From Auanema rhodensis (taxonomy: Eukaryota; Animalia; Nematoda): DNA of 64,000 bases. The stretch is taken from assembly GCA_964057225.1 (NCBI GenBank), contig OZ059895.1, forward strand, positions 12,524,001 to 12,588,000, read 5' to 3'. Within the stretch, counting starts at the first letter, position 1; every line of letters starts with the position of its first letter. The position numbers and the translations under genes are program-made. Below the pieces are notes generated by a model. It saw only the letters and a list, made by a program, of their open reading frames with translations, searched no databases and was not told the origin of the DNA. Positions 46,141-60,000 of the stretch are shown piece by piece.

Positions 46141-49100
46141 AAATTTTGTTGTACAGTTCCGTTGTTGCTTTTGCTGTGACTGACGAAATCTGTAATGATA
46201 TTCCGTGAAACTCGTATTTTCGGTAGGGCTGTAGCAAAATGTCGTATTTTTGAGTGTTGTTGAGGTATATGATCGTTAATTTTGCTTGCACTTCTTGCTT
46301 CCATTGTATGCATTTGATCTCTTCGTATACTTCTTTGTTCTCTGGTTGATAAGTTGGTCTAAATAAAATGCATCCTTCTATAGGAAGTCCACAGCTGTTG
46401 AATAGTCCTCCTCCGGCTCTGGTGCAGTAGGTTCTTCCAGGATTTTCGTATGCAGAATATAGTTCGGATACAAATGTATCCTGTCGAATATCATCGCATC
46501 CGGTGCCCCAGGGGCAATGAGTTGTACCGGCGCATCTATGAGAGGAGTGAATGGTTAGGTTAGTTATTCTAGTGAATCCTTGCGAAACTTTTTGGCATGA
46601 AAATTTATGTTGAATTAGTTGAATTTCTAGTTTTCCTATAGTGGAGTTTTGATATTTGATGTAGGAGCAGAGAGAGTTTTGTAAGGGATTGAATGAAATT
46701 TCTTCGTTGGTTATTTTGGTGCAGTTTTGTATATCGTCGCAAAAGATTTCTATGTTTTTATGAGCGTTGGGGGATCCACAAGCTTGCGCCTGGCATATGA
46801 GAAAAAAGAGTGTGAATAGGAGGGAAGGGATGTACGAAATGGTGGGCTCGTTCTGTCGGCGGTATGTTCTTAGTCTTCTGTAGATTAGACCACAGCTAAT
46901 GAATAAAAGAGCGCAGCCAATTAATGGCGTAAGTACTATAAGAATAGCTAAGATTGGATTACAGTGAGGATTGCCTATGATATGTAGGATGAATGGCGGT
47001 GGGAAGTCACATGGGTGAGGAAGTTTGCATGTTTGATTCTGAGTTGACTCCAAGTTGAAGCGTGAAACGGATGCTGTTTTTGGTAAAACTGAAATAGGTA
47101 GTGGGATTATTTCGGATTGGTGTGCAGAGAGATTATGGCAGCTGGAGTCGATGCATATTGTTGAGTGGTTTGGTTGTGCTGGAAATACCACTTGTGATGT
47201 TGAACACCTGATTATCGGTTGGGTCATAGCAACTGAAAATATTTGTATTAGCATCAGAAAACGAAAAATGTTCCTTAGCCGGTTCGGATTGGTTGGTGTG
47301 TGTGAAAGATGATTGACAGTTATTTCCTGTGATTCTCTTCCTTTGTCGAAATTGTCCTTGAGCTCGAGTGGGTAGAGTTTTTCAACTGGTTTCGTGAGTT
47401 CTTTGCCGTTTCCTAATTTAATTCTTGCGGATCTGAATATGTTATCCGAAGACGGTAGTAGGGCAGTAATGCGTGCCATTTGCCAGTTGCATCTGTTCAG
47501 GTTATCTTCTTCCACAAGGACCACCTCATTTAGCGTTGGGTGGTTAGAACTTCTGTGCGTTTGTTTTGTGGATGCGTGGGCATTACGGAGACATAGAAGA
47601 TATTCCTTGGACCACCGATCCCAGAATGATTCTGCTATAATTTCCACTTTCTGCAGATTTTCAAATGCTTCTTTATTCGTTTGTATTGGGTTTGGTTCAT
47701 CCAAGGCTTGTCCCAATTGTTCTACGTTACCTCCTGGTACGAGAACGGGGCTGCCGTTATTCAAGAAATCTGCTGGTTTCAGGGGTCGGTCGTCTACATT
47801 ATCTGAATTTGTATAGGTGATCGGTCTGGAATTTATTATTCCTTCGATCTTTATAATTGCCGTCGTTAGTTGGTCTTTGTTGACCAATTTAAGCTGCAAT
47901 GATTTGTAGAGCGAAGTTTTTACTATCGCAACCAGTCGCTCCCATACTCCTCCAGTCCATGGGGCACTGGGAGTGTTAAAAATCCATGTAATGTGGTGTT
48001 TTTGTAAAAATTTTGTGAAACTTGTTCTATGTTCACTATCATAAGTTTCTAACATGTTAAGTATCTTAGCCGAGTGAACAAAATTGCTCCCATTGTCCGA
48101 ACGGATAACGTCCGGTAATCCTCTGCGAGCTACGAATCTTATAAATGCATTGAGGAATGTATTAGAGGTCATGTCGTTAATTGGTTCGAGGTGAACTGCC
48201 CGAACCGTTAGACATGTAAAGATTACTATATATATTTGTTCACTTTTTCTATATTTAATGGGTCCGATACAGTCTAGCCCCGTATGCTTAAATGGCATAG
48301 CTTTTGTAATTCGATCTTCTGGCAGAGGTGCCAGAAAATCTGTGGTGAATGGGCGACTGAGTATTTTTTGACACGGGACGCACTTTTTTATAATTGATTT
48401 GCATACCTGCCTTGTTCCTGCCATGAAGAATTTTTGAAGAAATAGGCTGATCATATGTGTAGTTCCCAGGTGTGCATTTTCTTTATGTATGGAAAGCAAA
48501 ATTAGTTTACCTAAATCAGATTTTTTGGGTAGTAAAAAGGGGTACTTTGTGGATGCAGGCAATTTGGCGTTTAGCAAACGTGTTTGAATTATACGTAATC
48601 CGTTGTTATCCTTGGTGGTGCGAAATTGCTTTATTTCCGATTGTTTTAATTTTTTCTGGGCCTCTTGTATGAGAAAGAGATCTGCGGTTTGGGATTGCTG
48701 CTTTTCCTTTTGCGCTCGTTGTAGCATGGTTGATGTTGGAGTTTTGTTTATTTTCTGCAATAGTACTAGCGCGGCTTTAAATACCAAACCTGTGGTCCGT
48801 TGTAGTTTGGAGTACGAACTAAATCTTCCTGGTTGTATTATTGACTCGTATGGTTGAATATCAGTAGATACGGGTAGAATGAGCATGGGGGGTTCGTCTT
48901 CGTCTATTGGAGTGGTGAGTTCCTTTATTGGTCTGTTGTCCATTTGTGATAGCCATGGTGGAGAAAACAACCAGCGTTCCTTTAACAGATTTTGGTCTGT
49001 TGTCCCTCTAGTTCCAATGTCTGCTGGATTATGGTCGGTATCAACATAGTGGAAGTGTAGTGAAGCTTTTTGAGCTTCCAACCTTCTTCCTATTTCTTTA

Positions 49101-52100
49101 ATGTTTTGCCGCATATTACTGATAAAAACGGGGACACTTTTTTTCGTTATAAGCCAAGATAGAGCTATTTGGCTATCTGACGCAATGTTAATTGCCAGAT
49201 TCGGCTCGTTCAAATTATTGTATACTGTTTCCGCGATTTTCATTCCCATAAAAATTGCGGATAGTTCTAAGCGCGGGATGGTCAAAGTCCTATTTTTGGG
49301 GGCTAATTTTACTTTCCCCATTATGATTGGAGCTCTTTCTGTGCTGGTAGTTAAATAGGCGCATGCTGCAATAGCTTTTGTGCTTGCGTCTACAAAAACC
49401 CACAGTTCTTTCTTGTCTCTTTTGCTAGATAATTCCCGCGGAACTTCAATGTTGAACGGCCCTATCTTTGTGCTGGCTTTGTTCCAATCGGCAACGAGAT
49501 CCTCGGGGACTTGCTCCTTCCAATCGACATTGCTGTTCATTACTTGTCTTAAAATAATTTTATATGGAAGTAGGAGCGGTGCCGCTAGTCCTATGGGGTC
49601 ATATATGCTGTGTAAACTACTCAGCATATCTCGTTTAGTAAAGGACTGTTGCATACGCATTTGTCCTGTTAATACAAACGAATCTTTACTGGCGTTATAT
49701 AGTACACCTAGTATTTTGGGATTTTTATCTGGGTGGTGATCTATCGCCGGAATTTCGTTGTTAAAATGGGATGAGTTACTAAAGTATTCTCTAACATTCA
49801 TCGAAATTTGAGAGAATATTTTCTTTGAATCTTTATATAAATCGGTTAGTTCTTTTTGATCATTGGTTGTATAAAAAATATTATCTACATAAAGATATCT
49901 TAGGGTTTTTTCTACAAATGGTGAGGTGTGGCTATTCAAATACGCGTGTAACGACATGTTTAGTACAGCGGGGCTTGCCGTAATGCCAAAAGCTAACCTA
50001 TTAAATCGAAATTCTATTATATTGTTTGGTGTAGGCGGCTTATTGACATCTTTCAACCAAAGAAAGCGACAGAGATCTTTACAATCATTAGCTATGCGTA
50101 TTTGTGTGAAAGCACCTTCAATATCACACATCAGAAAATACGATTTGGTACGAATACCTATCAAGATATCGAGAATTTTGTTGGTGAAGCTCTCACCTGT
50201 TGAGGTTATGTCATTTAGAGAGAGTTGTCCTTTTTGTTTAGCAGATGCGTTAAAGACTATGCGAAGAGGCTTGGTTTTTTGGGGTTTCCACACACCGCGA
50301 TGTGGCATATAATAAGTTCTGGTCGCCTCAACATCTGCCGGGACTAACTCTATTACGTTTTCTTTTAAATATTGTGAGAACGTTTCTTGATAGTATTTTT
50401 GTTGATTGGGGTCTTTTTGTAAGGATATTTGAAGACGATTAAGTGTTGCCAAAGCAAGATTACGGTTAGATTGAATATTTATGGCGTTTTTCTTTAGTGG
50501 GAGAGGGGCGGTTATGTAGCCGTTATCAAACGTAAGTAAAGTAGAATATTCGTTATAGAATAGTTCTGATTTGTTCAAAGCTCCTTCATGTGGAGCAATG
50601 CCCAAACTATCTATTTCGAATAATTGTTTAATCATAACTTCCTCCGGTATTTGAGGGTTTATGATTAAGGAATGGACGGCTATGGATTCATGGGTATTAT
50701 TTGTTTTTCCATAAATACAGGGACCAAAGTGGGTGTGTTTAATTTTTAGACCCGATGGTAATGAAATGGATGGCTCTTCAGTTATTACTGAATCATACCA
50801 ATCCATACCTAACAAAATGTCGGGTGAGAATGTTTCCCCATTAATGAATTGATTGGTGACGGAAATTTTGGTTTTTTCAAGAAATTCTCTATCCCGGATT
50901 TGTAGAGAACAGCATTTTAGGTTTCCGGTGAGTGGTTTTGGGGATGTCAGCAAAATTAGTTTAATTATTTTTCCATATGGGGTTTGCAAAATAGCTTCGA
51001 CTGTTTTTGTTTCAAAAGTTTCTTTATTGCCCGAAAATCCGGTTGCTGTAATGTTTTGTGTTGCTAAGGTATTCAAGTTGCATGTCTCAGCTGTCTTTTG
51101 ATGGATGAAGCTTTGAGTTGCTCCGGGGTCAAGAAATATGGTTTTAGTATGATAAGTGTTTGTTAAAGGATTTAAGAGAGAGATTTGAGAAGTCATGAGG
51201 TAAGCGGGAGAAGGATGGAAAGATTTAGATATAGTGGTGCAATTCATGGACGGTTTAGTAATTTTGATGGTTGGCTTAGGTAGGCATAAAGTATAATTAT
51301 GCTCTTTTTTGCAGTTTCGGCAACTTTCGAATTTGCACTTACTGCTTGAGTGTGTTGGACTAAAGCAAATCCAACACCTATTTTTTCTCTTTATAATCTC
51401 TCTTCGTTCTTGGGGGGTGGTTATCGTGGGGCATTTTGTAGGGCGATGACCCTGCTTATCGCAAAAAACGCAGGGTCGTTCTGATTTTTCTGAGGATTTG
51501 ATGGGTTTTGAGAAAAAAGGCTGAGTTTGGTCTCGATACTGAGGTTCGGATCGTTCTCGTCTTAAATAAGCCGAGGTTTCCTTTGAGTATGCTATACCTT
51601 CTATGTCCTTCAGAATTTGACTTATAGTATTTTCGCCGGGCGATCGCCAACAGCGCATATCTATAATTTCTTCAGGAAATTTCTCAGATATCTCTGTGAC
51701 CCAAGCTGGGTCTTCAGTATTGTATATATATTGAGATCTTGCTCTGTCGAGTTGGTCGAGCAAAGCTCGAATCTCATTAACTCGGGATCTCAAAGAGGTG
51801 GGGTCGGATTTTGCGACAGGTAATCTCCTGATATTACGGTATATGCGAAAGTCAACCGCTAATATCGGTTGATATGTGTTTTGTAAGGTTTCGATTATTT
51901 GGTGATAAAATTCGCCGTTTAAAGGCTTATTCTCGAGATGAACCCTGGCAGGTCCTTGTAGGGCTTCTGCCAAAAAAATGTTTTTCTGTTGTATATTTAG
52001 GCTAGGTTCATTGTGAATGAGGGTTTTGAATTGGTTCCAGAAGAGTGGAAATGTTAAGGAGTCTCCGTTAAATGTGGGAATCGAAAGTTGAGGTGTTTTA

Positions 52101-52496
52101 ACGGAGAGACCAAAGCTAGTTCGCGTTGGTCTTTTATTCCGATCCGACTCTTGGTCGTCTTCGGAATCGGGGAGGGGTTGTTTTTTAGCTGTTTTGGTTT
52201 CTAGTTCCAAAATCAGGATGTTCGCTCTTGTTACTGTGTCAGCATGAAGCGTGGTTACCTCGTTTATTCTTCTGTTCAATTCAGAAAACGTAGGTTCGGG
52301 GAGAAGAGAAGCAAGAGTAGCGAGAGATGATTCTTCAGACCTAAGTTGTGTGAGAGATGTGTGTAGGCGTAGAAGCGAAATGTTTTCTTGGTTCTCAGTT
52401 TTAGTTTTTATGAGTAGTTTGGCTAGTTGCTCAAATTTGTCTGCGAAATTGTGGAGTTGGAGTTTTTTCATTGAAAACTTCTTCAGTACGGTCCAT
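46136..52496 (-). CDS. BEL Gag-PR-RT-RH-IN-Env polyprotein, copy 1 (7-bp insertion frameshift near N-terminus)
   Basis: Three CCHC knuckles, FLDPGATQSFI, YYMPHRGV, YVDN, VFVDAS, TIPRLEL, NPAD, SDNG, GGVWERL, Cys-rich Gn/Gc. Confidence 0.93.
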
Positions 52497-52749
52497 TGCT
52501 ACCGTTTTTTGATTTTTTGATGCAAAATGTATGACTTTTGAATTTCTTAGTTGAATTGTTGCAAAATGTGTTGGTAACTTTTTTGATTTTGAGATTGAGA
52601 TAGAGATAGAGATTCCGATGAGATGAGATGAAGCAAAGAAGTTTAAAGAATGTGATGATGAAGAAAAGTAAACAAAGGAACTGAGAAATAAAAAGTGAGA
52701 ATAGAAAATAATACAAATAAGGTTTCTAACAATTGATACCTGATTTGGA

Positions 52750-52759
52750 CGATGCACCA
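52750..52759 (-). promoter_or_regulatory. Primer binding site, tRNA-Gly(GCC)-like
   Basis: TGGTGCATCG adjacent to the LTR, complementary to ...CGATGCA-CCA. Confidence 0.75.
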
Positions 52760-52760
52760 A

Positions 52761-53201
52761 TTTGGACTATGAATCCAAGAGTTATTCCAGGGGAATAGTT
52801 GTAGTATTACACGTTCGACGTGATACAGGAGTTAATACCGTTTAGGAGTATTAACGGAGGCTGATACTCGAAGAGAGTATTATCAGGGTTGAACTTCGCA
52901 GATTTGAGTTTAAAAGGTTTATTAAATAAAGATGGTACAGTGGTAGAAAAGTTAGATTCGAAAGTGAAGGTTTCTTGGGTTTATATATGATTTAGCTTAA
53001 GGGTGATATTTGATATTTGAATAGAAAGGTCACGTTAATGTAAACTATAGAGGTGATAAAAGTTCAACATTCTTTGAGAATGTTGCGCAATAGGTTAATG
53101 ATACAATTATTCGGTTAATAGATAATGGTTTAGTATTTCAGAAGAGTTATGTTTATATTGTAAATCATTATATTTTGTTAATAGTCAGGCATTTGCCGAC
53201 A
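52761..53201 (-). repeat. Shared central LTR (5' LTR of copy 1, 3' LTR of copy 2)
   Basis: Matches 44849-45289 at offset 7912 with one SNP seen; terminal CA missing. Confidence 0.88.
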
Positions 53202-54052
53202 TTGCCGGGCGAGGGTTGCGCTTTGAATTTTTCAAACAGCAATAAGAGAGGATAGCTGGTAGAAGGAAAGGAGCGAGAAAGGAGAGGGCTGTGTATAAGA
53301 TATATGAACATGCTGTGACTGCAGCTACGACGGGTACGATCCATTTCCAATTATTCTGGATCACTTCTATTAGAGGTTCCAAGTTGGGGAGATTCCAAGA
53401 GAGTCCAGATGTTCCATTATGTAGTTTGATCAGTTCTTCTGAAATTGTAGTGTCACTTATGTAGTGTAATCTGGTACTTAGCTGGATAAATTGCTTTGTT
53501 GCTCTTCCGCATGTTAGAGTACAATTTTCTTGTACTTTGGGTTCATTGAAGTATAGTTTTATCGTTGTGGCGGGATTTTTGTCGGAGCATCGAATTATAG
53601 TAGAAAAGGAATCGCAGTTCAGTATTGCATTTAACTCGTCCTTTGTTTCACATGTCATGTTTAGCGTTGTTCCTTCTCTGCATTTATAACATCCTGTTAT
53701 CATTTGAAAATCTGAAAAACAAGGATGTCTATTAGTGTATAGACTTTCGATGCTAAATTGCGGGTTTTGCATTGTGAGCGTTGATTCTTCCATTTTTGAT
53801 AGAACTGTTATAGTTCCTGCTTCTTTTGTTATCCTATAATTCGTATTAATTTTTGGAAGCTCATATTTTTTCAGTTCTCTTTGCGTCGCTGAATCGCAAT
53901 TGCAAGAGAGCTGTGCTGCGGCCCCCAAACATGGGCAAGGCTTTCTTATGTGGCATGCATTAAACTTATCTGCCGCCATTCTTGCATTGCTGCATATAAC
54001 AGCTGGTTTTATTTGCTCCGTTATCATGTAGTTGTTCGTCTCAGATGTTAAA
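53185..54052 (-). CDS. env: C-terminal part of Gc-like glycoprotein, copy 2
   Basis: Identical translation to 45273 ORF. Confidence 0.85.
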
Positions 54053-57000
54053 AAATTTTGTTGTACAGTTCCGTTGTTGCTTTTGCTGTGACTGACGAAA
54101 TCTGTAATGATATTCCGTGAAACTCGTATTTTCGGTAGGGCTGTAGCAAAATGTCGTATTTTTGAGTGTTGTTGAGGTATATGATCGTTAATTTTGCTTG
54201 CACTTCTTGCTTCCATTGTATGCATTTGATCTCTTCGTATACTTCTTTGTTCTCTGGTTGATAAGTTGGTCTAAATAAAATGCATCCTTCTATAGGAAGT
54301 CCACAGCTGTTGAATAGTCCTCCTCCGGCTCTGGTGCAGTAGGTTCTTCCAGGATTTTCGTATGCAGAATATAGTTCGGATACAAATGTATCCTGTCGAA
54401 TATCATCGCATCCGGTGCCCCAGGGGCAATGAGTTGTACCGGCGCATCTATGAGAGGAGTGAATGGTTAGGTTAGTTATTCTAGTGAATCCTTGCGAAAC
54501 TTTTTGGCATGAAAATTTATGTTGAATTAGTTGAATTTCTAGTTTTCCTATAGTGGAGTTTTGATATTTGATGTAGGAGCAGAGAGAGTTTTGTAAGGGA
54601 TTGAATGAAATTTCTTCGTTGGTTATTTTGGTGCAGTTTTGTATATCGTCGCAAAAGATTTCTATGTTTTTATGAGCGTTGGGGGATCCACAAGCTTGCG
54701 CCTGGCATATGAGAAAAAAGAGTGTGAATAGGAGGGAAGGGATGTACGAAATGGTGGGCTCGTTCTGTCGGCGGTATGTTCTTAGTCTTCTGTAGATTAG
54801 ACCACAGCTAATGAATAAAAGAGCGCAGCCAATTAATGGCGTAAGTACTATAAGAATAGCTAAGATTGGATTACAGTGAGGATTGCCTATGATATGTAGG
54901 ATGAATGGCGGTGGGAAGTCACATGGGTGAGGAAGTTTGCATGTTTGATTCTGAGTTGACTCCAAGTTGAAGCGTGAAACGGATGCTGTTTTTGGTAAAA
55001 CTGAAATAGGTAGTGGGATTATTTCGGATTGGTGTGCAGAGAGATTATGGCAGCTGGAGTCGATGCATATTGTTGAGTGGTTTGGTTGTGCTGGAAATAC
55101 CACTTGTGATGTTGAACACCTGATTATCGGTTGGGTCATAGCAACTGAAAATATTTGTATTAGCATCAGAAAACGAAAAATGTTCCTTAGCCGGTTCGGA
55201 TTGGTTGGTGTGTGTGAAAGATGATTGACAGTTATTTCCTGTGATTCTCTTCCTTTGTCGAAATTGTCCTTGAGCTCGAGTGGGTAGAGTTTTTCAACTG
55301 GTTTCGTGAGTTCTTTGCCGTTTCCTAATTTAATTCTTGCGGATCTGAATATGTTATCCGAAGACGGTAGTAGGGCAGTAATGCGTGCCATTTGCCAGTT
55401 GCATCTGTTCAGGTTATCTTCTTCCACAAGGACCACCTCATTTAGCGTTGGGTGGTTAGAACTTCTGTGCGTTTGTTTTGTGGATGCGTGGGCATTACGG
55501 AGACATAGAAGATATTCCTTGGACCACCGATCCCAGAATGATTCTGCTATAATTTCCACTTTCTGCAGATTTTCAAATGCTTCTTTATTCGTTTGTATTG
55601 GGTTTGGTTCATCCAAGGCTTGTCCCAATTGTTCTACGTTACCTCCTGGTACGAGAACGGGGCTGCCGTTATTCAAGAAATCTGCTGGTTTCAGGGGTCG
55701 GTCGTCTACATTATCTGAATTTGTATAGGTGATCGGTCTGGAATTTATTATTCCTTCGATCTTTATAATTGCCGTCGTTAGTTGGTCTTTGTTGACCAAT
55801 TTAAGCTGCAATGATTTGTAGAGCGAAGTTTTTACTATCGCAACCAGTCGCTCCCATACTCCTCCAGTCCATGGGGCACTGGGAGTGTTAAAAATCCATG
55901 TAATGTGGTGTTTTTGTAAAAATTTTGTGAAACTTGTTCTATGTTCACTATCATAAGTTTCTAACATGTTAAGTATCTTAGCCGAGTGAACAAAATTGCT
56001 CCCATTGTCCGAACGGATAACGTCCGGTAATCCTCTGCGAGCTACGAATCTTATAAATGCATTGAGGAATGTATTAGAGGTCATGTCGTTAATTGGTTCG
56101 AGGTGAACTGCCCGAACCGTTAGACATGTAAAGATTACTATATATATTTGTTCACTTTTTCTATATTTAATGGGTCCGATACAGTCTAGCCCCGTATGCT
56201 TAAATGGCATAGCTTTTGTAATTCGATCTTCTGGCAGAGGTGCCAGAAAATCTGTGGTGAATGGGCGACTGAGTATTTTTTGACACGGGACGCACTTTTT
56301 TATAATTGATTTGCATACCTGCCTTGTTCCTGCCATGAAGAATTTTTGAAGAAATAGGCTGATCATATGTGTAGTTCCCAGGTGTGCATTTTCTTTATGT
56401 ATGGAAAGCAAAATTAGTTTACCTAAATCAGATTTTTTGGGTAGTAAAAAGGGGTACTTTGTGGATGCAGGCAATTTGGCGTTTAGCAAACGTGTTTGAA
56501 TTATACGTAATCCGTTGTTATCCTTGGTGGTGCGAAATTGCTTTATTTCCGATTGTTTTAATTTTTTCTGGGCCTCTTGTATGAGAAAGAGATCTGCGGT
56601 TTGGGATTGCTGCTTTTCCTTTTGCGCTCGTTGTAGCATGGTTGATGTTGGAGTTTTGTTTATTTTCTGCAATAGTACTAGCGCGGCTTTAAATACCAAA
56701 CCTGTGGTCCGTTGTAGTTTGGAGTACGAACTAAATCTTCCTGGTTGTATTATTGACTCGTATGGTTGAATATCAGTAGATACGGGTAGAATGAGCATGG
56801 GGGGTTCGTCTTCGTCTATTGGAGTGGTGAGTTCCTTTATTGGTCTGTTGTCCATTTGTGATAGCCATGGTGGAGAAAACAACCAGCGTTCCTTTAACAG
56901 ATTTTGGTCTGTTGTCCCTCTAGTTCCAATGTCTGCTGGATTATGGTCGGTATCAACATAGTGGAAGTGTAGTGAAGCTTTTTGAGCTTCCAACCTTCTT

Positions 57001-60000
57001 CCTATTTCTTTAATGTTTTGCCGCATATTACTGATAAAAACGGGGACACTTTTTTTCGTTATAAGCCAAGATAGAGCTATTTGGCTATCTGACGCAATGT
57101 TAATTGCCAGATTCGGCTCGTTCAAATTATTGTATACTGTTTCCGCGATTTTCATTCCCATAAAAATTGCGGATAGTTCTAAGCGCGGGATGGTCAAAGT
57201 CCTATTTTTGGGGGCTAATTTTACTTTCCCCATTATGATTGGAGCTCTTTCTGTGCTGGTAGTTAAATAGGCGCATGCTGCAATAGCTTTTGTGCTTGCG
57301 TCTACAAAAACCCACAGTTCTTTCTTGTCTCTTTTGCTAGATAATTCCCGCGGAACTTCAATGTTGAACGGCCCTATCTTTGTGCTGGCTTTGTTCCAAT
57401 CGGCAACGAGATCCTCGGGGACTTGCTCCTTCCAATCGACATTGCTGTTCATTACTTGTCTTAAAATAATTTTATATGGAAGTAGGAGCGGTGCCGCTAG
57501 TCCTATGGGGTCATATATGCTGTGTAAACTACTCAGCATATCTCGTTTAGTAAAGGACTGTTGCATACGCATTTGTCCTGTTAATACAAACGAATCTTTA
57601 CTGGCGTTATATAGTACACCTAGTATTTTGGGATTTTTATCTGGGTGGTGATCTATCGCCGGAATTTCGTTGTTAAAATGGGATGAGTTACTAAAGTATT
57701 CTCTAACATTCATCGAAATTTGAGAGAATATTTTCTTTGAATCTTTATATAAATCGGTTAGTTCTTTTTGATCATTGGTTGTATAAAAAATATTATCTAC
57801 ATAAAGATATCTTAGGGTTTTTTCTACAAATGGTGAGGTGTGGCTATTCAAATACGCGTGTAACGACATGTTTAGTACAGCGGGGCTTGCCGTAATGCCA
57901 AAAGCTAACCTATTAAATCGAAATTCTATTATATTGTTTGGTGTAGGCGGCTTATTGACATCTTTCAACCAAAGAAAGCGACAGAGATCTTTACAATCAT
58001 TAGCTATGCGTATTTGTGTGAAAGCACCTTCAATATCACACATCAGAAAATACGATTTGGTACGAATACCTATCAAGATATCGAGAATTTTGTTGGTGAA
58101 GCTCTCACCTGTTGAGGTTATGTCATTTAGAGAGAGTTGTCCTTTTTGTTTAGCAGATGCGTTAAAGACTATGCGAAGAGGCTTGGTTTTTTGGGGTTTC
58201 CACACACCGCGATGTGGCATATAATAAGTTCTGGTCGCCTCAACATCTGCCGGGACTAACTCTATTACGTTTTCTTTTAAATATTGTGAGAACGTTTCTT
58301 GATAGTATTTTTGTTGATTGGGGTCTTTTTGTAAGGATATTTGAAGACGATTAAGTGTTGCCAAAGCAAGATTACGGTTAGATTGAATATTTATGGCGTT
58401 TTTCTTTAGTGGGAGAGGGGCGGTTATGTAGCCGTTATCAAACGTAAGTAAAGTAGAATATTCGTTATAGAATAGTTCTGATTTGTTCAAAGCTCCTTCA
58501 TGTGGAGCAATGCCCAAACTATCTATTTCGAATAATTGTTTAATCATAACTTCCTCCGGTATTTGAGGGTTTATGATTAAGGAATGGACGGCTATGGATT
58601 CATGGGTATTATTTGTTTTTCCATAAATACAGGGACCAAAGTGGGTGTGTTTAATTTTTAGACCCGATGGTAATGAAATGGATGGCTCTTCAGTTATTAC
58701 TGAATCATACCAATCCATACCTAACAAAATGTCGGGTGAGAATGTTTCCCCATTAATGAATTGATTGGTGACGGAAATTTTGGTTTTTTCAAGAAATTCT
58801 CTATCCCGGATTTGTAGAGAACAGCATTTTAGGTTTCCGGTGAGTGGTTTTGGGGATGTCAGCAAAATTAGTTTAATTATTTTTCCATATGGGGTTTGCA
58901 AAATAGCTTCGACTGTTTTTGTTTCAAAAGTTTCTTTATTGCCCGAAAATCCGGTTGCTGTAATGTTTTGTGTTGCTAAGGTATTCAAGTTGCATGTCTC
59001 AGCTGTCTTTTGATGGATGAAGCTTTGAGTTGCTCCGGGGTCAAGAAATATGGTTTTAGTATGATAAGTGTTTGTTAAAGGATTTAAGAGAGAGATTTGA
59101 GAAGTCATGAGGTAAGCGGGAGAAGGATGGAAAGATTTAGATATAGTGGTGCAATTCATGGACGGTTTAGTAATTTTGATGGTTGGCTTAGGTAGGCATA
59201 AAGTATAATTATGCTCTTTTTTGCAGTTTCGGCAACTTTCGAATTTGCACTTACTGCTTGAGTGTGTTGGACTAAAGCAAATCCAACACCTATTTTTTCT
59301 CTTTATAATCTCTCTTCGTTCTTGGGGGGTGGTTATCGTGGGGCATTTTGTAGGGCGATGACCCTGCTTATCGCAAAAAACGCAGGGTCGTTCTGATTTT
59401 TCTGAGGATTTGATGGGTTTTGAGAAAAAAGGCTGAGTTTGGTCTCGATACTGAGGTTCGGATCGTTCTCGTCTTAAATAAGCCGAGGTTTCCTTTGAGT
59501 ATGCTATACCTTCTATGTCCTTCAGAATTTGACTTATAGTATTTTCGCCGGGCGATCGCCAACAGCGCATATCTATAATTTCTTCAGGAAATTTCTCAGA
59601 TATCTCTGTGACCCAAGCTGGGTCTTCAGTATTGTATATATATTGAGATCTTGCTCTGTCGAGTTGGTCGAGCAAAGCTCGAATCTCATTAACTCGGGAT
59701 CTCAAAGAGGTGGGGTCGGATTTTGCGACAGGTAATCTCCTGATATTACGGTATATGCGAAAGTCAACCGCTAATATCGGTTGATATGTGTTTTGTAAGG
59801 TTTCGATTATTTGGTGATAAAATTCGCCGTTTAAAGGCTTATTCTCGAGATGAACCCTGGCAGGTCCTTGTAGGGCTTCTGCCAAAAAAATGTTTTTCTG
59901 TTGTATATTTAGGCTAGGTTCATTGTGAATGAGGGTTTTGAATTGGTTCCAGAAGAGTGGAAATGTTAAGGAGTCTCCGTTAAATGTGGGAATCGAAAGT

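Larger units (their letters stand above)
44847..53201 (-). mobile_element. BEL/Pao (Belpaoviridae-like) LTR element with phlebovirus-like env, copy 1
   Basis: Two about 443-bp LTRs, tRNA-Gly PBS, single Gag-Pol-Env polyprotein with two frameshifts. Confidence 0.95.

Noticed and set aside
46140-46313. N-terminal 58 aa of the 346-aa ORF as an independent gene start
   Set aside because: It overlaps the Gc-coding frame; Gc-like sequence begins only after the T6 run
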